From: Saprospiraceae bacterium
Lineage (GTDB): Bacteria; Bacteroidota; Bacteroidia; Chitinophagales; Saprospiraceae
Direction: 5' to 3'
Length of the DNA: 64,000 bases
NCBI GenBank assembly: GCA_016787575.1
Contig: JAEUUO010000036.1
Span: 1,266-65,265, forward strand
Positions within the stretch are counted from its first letter, which is position 1, and each line of letters opens with the position of its first letter. The notes beneath the pieces were generated by a model. It was not told the DNA's origin and searched no databases. It saw only the letters and a list, made by a program, of their open reading frames with translations. Shown one piece after another: positions 59,076 to 64,000 of this stretch. A program made the position numbers and the translations under genes.

Positions 59076-60059
59076 TTACAAATCTTCTGAGTCAAAAATA
59101 CGCTTGTTTAAACTTTTTTGAAGCATCAAGTCTCTGTTGACAACTATTGCAGCATTTAATTCAAATCCGAGGATTAAAATCAAGGTATTTAAACGCATCC
59201 AGATAAGTGTAATTATCAAGGCACTGATAGCGCCGTATATTTTGTGATACGAACTGAATCGATCGACAAAGATTCCAAACAATATAGAGGTAATTATGGA
59301 AGCTACTGTCGCAAACAATGCTCCGGGAGAAATGCCTTTAATCGGTTTTTTTATTGCTGGTCCGTAACGGTAAACTATTGCAATTACAGAATAAAATAAA
59401 ATCAGGGTGACCGCATATTTCAAACTGGTAATGCTTATTTTGGTAAAAGCATTCATTTTAAAATAATTTAAAAATTGCTTCAATATTTTTTCACCAAAAA
59501 TGATAACCAGAACAGAAAAAATCATCAGGATGCCAAATCCAAAAGTAATTGCAATGGCAGTCATTTGACGTTCGAGCCAATTGCGTTTTCTAAAACTTGA
59601 CTTATAGGTTTTATCAAATCCCCGCATCAAAGACAAAATGCCTTCCGAACCAAACCAAATTGCCAATATAAAACCAATGGACAAAAGACCGCTTCTTGCC
59701 TGTGGCCGGATGCTGTTGATCATGTCTGTTATAACATATTCTTTAGCACCCGAAGGCAATATGGATAAAATGGTATGCTCCAGATTTTTATAAAAATCAA
59801 GATTGCCAGGTAAGTAAGCAGTTAGTGTAAAGAAAAAAATCAAAGATGGAAACAAGGCTAAAAAAAAGTGATATGTCATAGCACTTGCCCGCATATTTAA
59901 GTCATTCCGTCGTGCTTCCTGAATTAGAAATGAAAAAACCTGAAAGATAGGCACGTTGCGGAAACCCGGAAATGAATGGGTTTTAGTCCAATCAAGTATT
60001 TGGCTGGTAACAGGAAGTTGTGAAATCCTTTGGCCTAAACTTAATTTATTTTTCTTCAA
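59076..60059 (-). CDS. YihY/BrkB family membrane protein
   Basis: ASAMTYHFFLALFPSLIF plus six hydrophobic segments. Confidence 0.7.
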   Translation of the reverse strand: MKKNKLSLGQRISQLPVTSQILDWTKTHSFPGFRNVPIFQVFSFLIQEARRNDLNMRASAMTYHFFLALFPSLIFFFTLTAYLPGNLDFYKNLEHTILSILPSGAKEYVITDMINSIRPQARSGLLSIGFILAIWFGSEGILSLMRGFDKTYKSSFRKRNWLERQMTAIAITFGFGILMIFSVLVIIFGEKILKQFLNYFKMNAFTKISITSLKYAVTLILFYSVIAIVYRYGPAIKKPIKGISPGALFATVASIITSILFGIFVDRFSSYHKIYGAISALIITLIWMRLNTLILILGFELNAAIVVNRDLMLQKSLNKRIFDSEDL

Positions 60060-60462
60060 AGTAAGGATATAATTTGTCTAAAATAAATTGTGGGGTTGAC
60101 AATCGAACTTTAGTCTCAGAATTTAAAAAACACAAAATGACCTGTGCAGAATTGATGCGTTCATTTTCTTCATTGAAAATCAGGGTGTCAAAATGGATGC
60201 TGTTTGCGGGTAATTTTTGTATAGATGTTTCAATCGTTAGCAAATTGTCGTAGTAGGCTGGACGTAAGTAACGAATCGAAACTGAAACAACCGGCATAAA
60301 AATTCCATGACGACTTTCGAGATCAGCATAAGATATTCCCAAACTGCGTAATGCTTCTACGCGGCCGATTTCATAGTATTGCATGTAATTGCCATAATAA
60401 ACATAACCCATTTGATCGGTCTCTGCATATCGAACCCTGAATTGAAACTGGTGTGTAAACAT
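60046..60462 (-). CDS. acyl-CoA thioesterase (4HBT/YbgC-like hotdog fold)
   Basis: RVRYAETDQMGYVYYGNY. Confidence 0.75.
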   Translation of the reverse strand: MFTHQFQFRVRYAETDQMGYVYYGNYMQYYEIGRVEALRSLGISYADLESRHGIFMPVVSVSIRYLRPAYYDNLLTIETSIQKLPANSIHFDTLIFNEENERINSAQVILCFLNSETKVRLSTPQFILDKLYPYFEEK

Positions 60463-60471
60463 GAATGTGAA

Positions 60472-61722
60472 TTACAATGCTCTTAAAACAGGACAAGACA
60501 TGCAATGTGGTCCACCCCGTGCACGGGACAATTCGCTGGAAGGCAGGGTTATGATGGTATTTTCAACGCTTGCCGGATCGATGTTCATGCGTAAAAAATC
60601 GGTAGCATGGATGACCTGATAACCAGCATTTTTAAATGCAATTTCGGTTTTCGGATTCCGGTCATAAGTAAGTGCAACGCCAGGTCGTAAGGTCAATAAA
60701 TTGCATCCATCTGTCCATTGTTCTCGTTCCTGATAAGGCGACTCTCCGTTGCCACTCCATATAAATTGAATGGAAGAATCTAATTCTGCATGCAGAAAAT
60801 CCAACACCGATGGATATTCTACCAAACTTCCATCGTTGCGATGGATGGTAACGTACGAACCCAAGCCATCTTTTACTATGGGTTTGTAACCAACAAAATG
60901 TTTGTGGTTGATTTGTGTAAAAATGGTATCGATGTGCATAAAAGAACGTTCTTTTGGAACATCAATTTCAACGACATTTTTAACAATGTTTTTTTCAAAT
61001 AAAACCCGCTTCAAAGATTGCAAAGCATGATCCGTTGTGCGTTCACTGCTTCCGATTAATAAATAATCTTTATGGATCATCATCAAGTCACCTCCTTCAA
61101 TGGAAATGGGTTCGCCTTTTTTGGAAGGTGGAAATTCATCCACCACATTTAAATTGATGAGTTTATTTTCTTTAGCCAAATAACTAAAAAATGGATGTGC
61201 ATGAAATATAAATCGCGTTAGCAAATTTTCGCGGTAACGTACATACTTGGAAGCCTTGGTTATTACTACATGGTCATTGATGGTAGTAGCAATGTCTCTG
61301 GTAAATATAAAATTTGGCACAGGATCAAATACGATTTGTTCTTCCTTTTTATAATATCCGGAAATTAAAACTTCAGATAAGGTTTCATGATCCAGGTCTA
61401 ACAAAAGTTTGTAAGTATCTGTGGGTAACTCTTCAAAATCTTTAATCAGATTTAATACTTCTTCCTTGATTTTTGAATCTGCATCCAGGGATTCTTTAAT
61501 TAAAGTTTGTGTTTCCAATACATGTTCTGAACCTATAAATCGTCGCAAGACATCCTGGTAAACACGATGCTCATTTTGCATAGTAGGTAAATGCACAATA
61601 TCATCAAATAGCAATTCACCGGCACGACGTGGACTGATCCGGTCAATTCCCTCATCCGGATTGTGGATAATTAATTTTTTTAACGGTTTAATTTCGGAAT
61701 CTACATAAACTGCAGGGCTCAT
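60472..61722 (-). CDS. arcA: arginine deiminase-family (guanidino-modifying) enzyme
   Basis: N-terminal SEIKPLKKLIIHNPDEG, C-terminal GGPHCMSCPV catalytic-Cys motif, about 416 aa. Confidence 0.65.
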   Translation of the reverse strand: MSPAVYVDSEIKPLKKLIIHNPDEGIDRISPRRAGELLFDDIVHLPTMQNEHRVYQDVLRRFIGSEHVLETQTLIKESLDADSKIKEEVLNLIKDFEELPTDTYKLLLDLDHETLSEVLISGYYKKEEQIVFDPVPNFIFTRDIATTINDHVVITKASKYVRYRENLLTRFIFHAHPFFSYLAKENKLINLNVVDEFPPSKKGEPISIEGGDLMMIHKDYLLIGSSERTTDHALQSLKRVLFEKNIVKNVVEIDVPKERSFMHIDTIFTQINHKHFVGYKPIVKDGLGSYVTIHRNDGSLVEYPSVLDFLHAELDSSIQFIWSGNGESPYQEREQWTDGCNLLTLRPGVALTYDRNPKTEIAFKNAGYQVIHATDFLRMNIDPASVENTIITLPSSELSRARGGPHCMSCPVLRAL

Positions 61723-62013
61723 ACATTGAATTGAATCACAAAGGTAACGAATTCAAACCGAAGCCATTTTTGCTGACAAAATCGAGTGATTTAAAGAAAC
61801 ATTATATTTATTTATAATATTAAATATATTGATAAACAAGGTACTAATATCCATGTGCCTTATTTTATTTTTAAGAAGTATTTAAAACTTTTATGACATT
61901 TCCAATTCCAAATAGCCGATTAGACATAGGTTTTGTTTGTAAAATGCACGAAAATTGAGGCTATTGGGTTGCCATTTCACAGATTCCTTATCTTTCGACC
62001 AGATTTTCTATAT

Positions 62014-62961
62014 ATGTCATCAGAACGCATTTTAATTTTAGGAGCCAACGGACAGATTGGTACGGTATTGACGGAAGCTCTGCGGAATAAATTTGGAAAT
62101 GAATCTGTTATCAGTACGGACCTACATCCATCCAAGCTGACCAGCGGTCCTCATGAAATCCTAAATGTTTTGGATAAATCAGGATTGGAAGCCATGGTAA
62201 ATAAGCATCGGATCACCCAGATTTATCATTTAGCAGCAATACTCTCTGCAAGAGGGGAGCAAGACCCGCAAAATACCTGGAAGATCAACATGGAAGGACT
62301 GATGAATGTATTGACGGTTTCGGTGGAACAGAAAATTTCAAAACTATTTTATCCAAGTACGATTGCCATATACGGGCACAGCACGCCAAAACAAAATACC
62401 CCACAAGAAGCTAGTTTTATTCCAGCAACCGTTTATGGCATTAGTAAAATTGCCGGTGAACATTGGTGCAATTATTTTTACAATCGTTACAAATTGGATG
62501 TTCGCTCACTCAGATATCCGGGAGTCATTAGTTGGCAGTCAGATCCCGGAGGTGGAACGACAGATTATGCGGTTGAAATTTTTCATGCAGCATTAAAAGA
62601 AAAAAAGTATTGCTGTTTTCTGGAAGCAGATACCCGTTTGCCGATGATCCACATGGATGATTGCATTCGTGCTACTCTCGAGCTAATGGATGCACCCGCA
62701 GAATTAATTCACATACACACTTCATACAATTTGGCCAGCATGAGCTTTACACCTGCTGAAATTGCTGCTGAAATTAAAAAACACATTCCGGAATTTGAGA
62801 TATCATATAAGCCGGATTTTCGACAAGCAATTGCAGCATCTTGGTCTGAAAGCATTGACGATTCAGTAGCACGCCGCGATTGGAATTGGAGACCCAAATT
62901 TGATCTTGCCTCATTAACAGAAGATATGTTACACAATCTAAAAATTAAATTGAATCATTAA
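62014..62961 (+). CDS. tdh: L-threonine 3-dehydrogenase (short-chain/epimerase type)
   Basis: [12 protein letters not shown] Rossmann motif, YGISK (YxxxK). Lies immediately upstream of kbl. Confidence 0.65.
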   Translation: MSSERILILGANGQIGTVLTEALRNKFGNESVISTDLHPSKLTSGPHEILNVLDKSGLEAMVNKHRITQIYHLAAILSARGEQDPQNTWKINMEGLMNVLTVSVEQKISKLFYPSTIAIYGHSTPKQNTPQEASFIPATVYGISKIAGEHWCNYFYNRYKLDVRSLRYPGVISWQSDPGGGTTDYAVEIFHAALKEKKYCCFLEADTRLPMIHMDDCIRATLELMDAPAELIHIHTSYNLASMSFTPAEIAAEIKKHIPEFEISYKPDFRQAIAASWSESIDDSVARRDWNWRPKFDLASLTEDMLHNLKIKLNH

Positions 62962-62989
62962 TCAGCAGAAGCTGCAGAAATATTTAAAT

Positions 62990-64000
62990 ATGTTTGGAGA
63001 AATTAAAAACCAATTAGCAGAAGAATTGAATGCCATTGATTTGGCAGGACTTTATAAAAAAGAACGCACCATTACTTCACCACAGGGAGCAATTATTCAA
63101 ACTGTTGAAGGAGGTGAAGTATTGAATTTTTGTGCAAACAATTATTTGGGATTGTCTTCGCATCCGGATGTGATTCAAGCTGCAAAAGATGCAATCGATC
63201 AGTATGGATATGGAATGTCTTCTGTCCGTTTTATATGCGGTACACAGGATCAACACAAGGAATTGGAAAAAAAGACTGCTGCTTTTTTAGGAATGGAAGA
63301 TTGCATATTGTATGCAGCCGCATTTGATGCCAACGGTGGAATTTTCGAACCGATACTTCAGGAGCAGGATGCTATTATTTCCGACGAACTGAATCACGCG
63401 TCCATCATTGATGGAATTCGTTTGTGCAAAGCCCAAAGATATCGTTATAAAAACAACGACATGAATGACCTGGAATTGCAATTGCAAGCAGCTTCAGGTG
63501 CTAGAAGAAAATTGATCGTAAGCGATGGGGTATTTTCTATGGATGGCACCATTGCTCAATTGGATAAAATTTGTGATCTGGCGGATCGTTATCAAGCGAT
63601 GGTAATGATTGATGAATGCCATGCAAGCGGGTTTATGGGGAAGACAGGAAGAGGCACTCATGAATTCCGTAATGTGATGGATCGAATTGATATTGTTACC
63701 GGGACCTATGGGAAAGCATTGGGTGGAGCCTCCGGAGGATTTACAGCAGCCCGAAAAGAAATTGTAGCCATGTTGAGACAACGATCCAGGCCTTATTTGT
63801 TCTCCAATACACTTGCACCTTCAATAGTGGGAGCTTCTATAAAAGTATTGGATTTGCTTTCTTCTACAACTGCATTGCGTGATACCCTTGAAAGCAATAC
63901 GAAGTTTTTTCGAAACGCAATGACTCAAGCAGGTTTTAATATTTTGCCTGGTGAACATCCTATCGTGCCCGTCATGTTGTATGATGCGCCACTGGCTCAA
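62990..64000 (+). CDS. kbl: glycine C-acetyltransferase (2-amino-3-ketobutyrate CoA ligase), 3' end outside the window
   Basis: Hand translation gives [26 protein letters not shown]...[14 protein letters not shown]...[15 protein letters not shown] (PLP lysine). The frame is open to the window end and is absent from the ORF track. Confidence 0.85.
   Translation, partial: MFGEIKNQLAEELNAIDLAGLYKKERTITSPQGAIIQTVEGGEVLNFCANNYLGLSSHPDVIQAAKDAIDQYGYGMSSVRFICGTQDQHKELEKKTAAFLGMEDCILYAAAFDANGGIFEPILQEQDAIISDELNHASIIDGIRLCKAQRYRYKNNDMNDLELQLQAASGARRKLIVSDGVFSMDGTIAQLDKICDLADRYQAMVMIDECHASGFMGKTGRGTHEFRNVMDRIDIVTGTYGKALGGASGGFTAARKEIVAMLRQRSRPYLFSNTLAPSIVGASIKVLDLLSSTTALRDTLESNTKFFRNAMTQAGFNILPGEHPIVPVMLYDAPLAQ

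Noticed and set aside
63130-63781. Tracked ORFs 63130-63327 (+), 63287-63487 (-) and 63494-63781 (-)
   Set aside because: They overlap the long open kbl frame (62990 to the window end), which carries unmistakable PLP-enzyme motifs. They are shadow ORFs.

Overview
AT-rich chromosomal segment from a Bacteroidota-type genome. The phylum call rests on T9SS C-terminal sorting domains, TAnnTTTG -7 promoter boxes, a CarboxypepD_reg/TonB receptor and SPOR and PepSY-like lipoproteins. The window has three parts. (1) Positions 1 to about 19.7 kb hold an integron gene-cassette array. All ORFs are on the + strand, and each is followed by an attC-like imperfect inverted repeat that runs from xxxTAAC to GTTxxxx. 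At nine consecutive junctions, the 7-mer closing one site is the exact reverse complement of the 7-mer opening the next site, which is the footprint of G|TT cassette insertion. No integrase lies in the window, and cassette orientation places intI/attI upstream of coordinate 1. Many cassettes carry defence-like single genes: a SIR2 protein, a P-loop NTPase with a zinc ribbon, a 7x zinc-ribbon plus Vsr-like nuclease, a DUF262/His-Me/Schlafen-like fusion, an Mrr-like nuclease fused to NACHT, and a protein with a HEPN-type Rx4H motif. An IS1182-family element sits inside one attC. (2) Positions 20.0-26.2 kb hold a translationally coupled four-gene operon (diiron oxygenase, KASIII/OleA-like thiolase, AMP-ligase, NAD-reductase) followed by a long SDR. 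It looks like an ole/beta-lactone-type lipid cluster that lacks OleB. (3) Positions 26-64 kb are mostly housekeeping genes (pnuC, rpe, rpsP, kdsA, fused E1 dehydrogenase, arcA-like, tdh-kbl). They are interrupted by an envelope-located TPR-CHAT and caspase locus paired with an ECF sigma/anti-sigma module, and by a second ECF module next to a heme-motif/T9SS/beta-barrel cluster. Short CTAG-containing 7-8 bp tandem repeats mark two intergenic regions. All calls come from reading the sequence and the ORF translations. No database search was possible.
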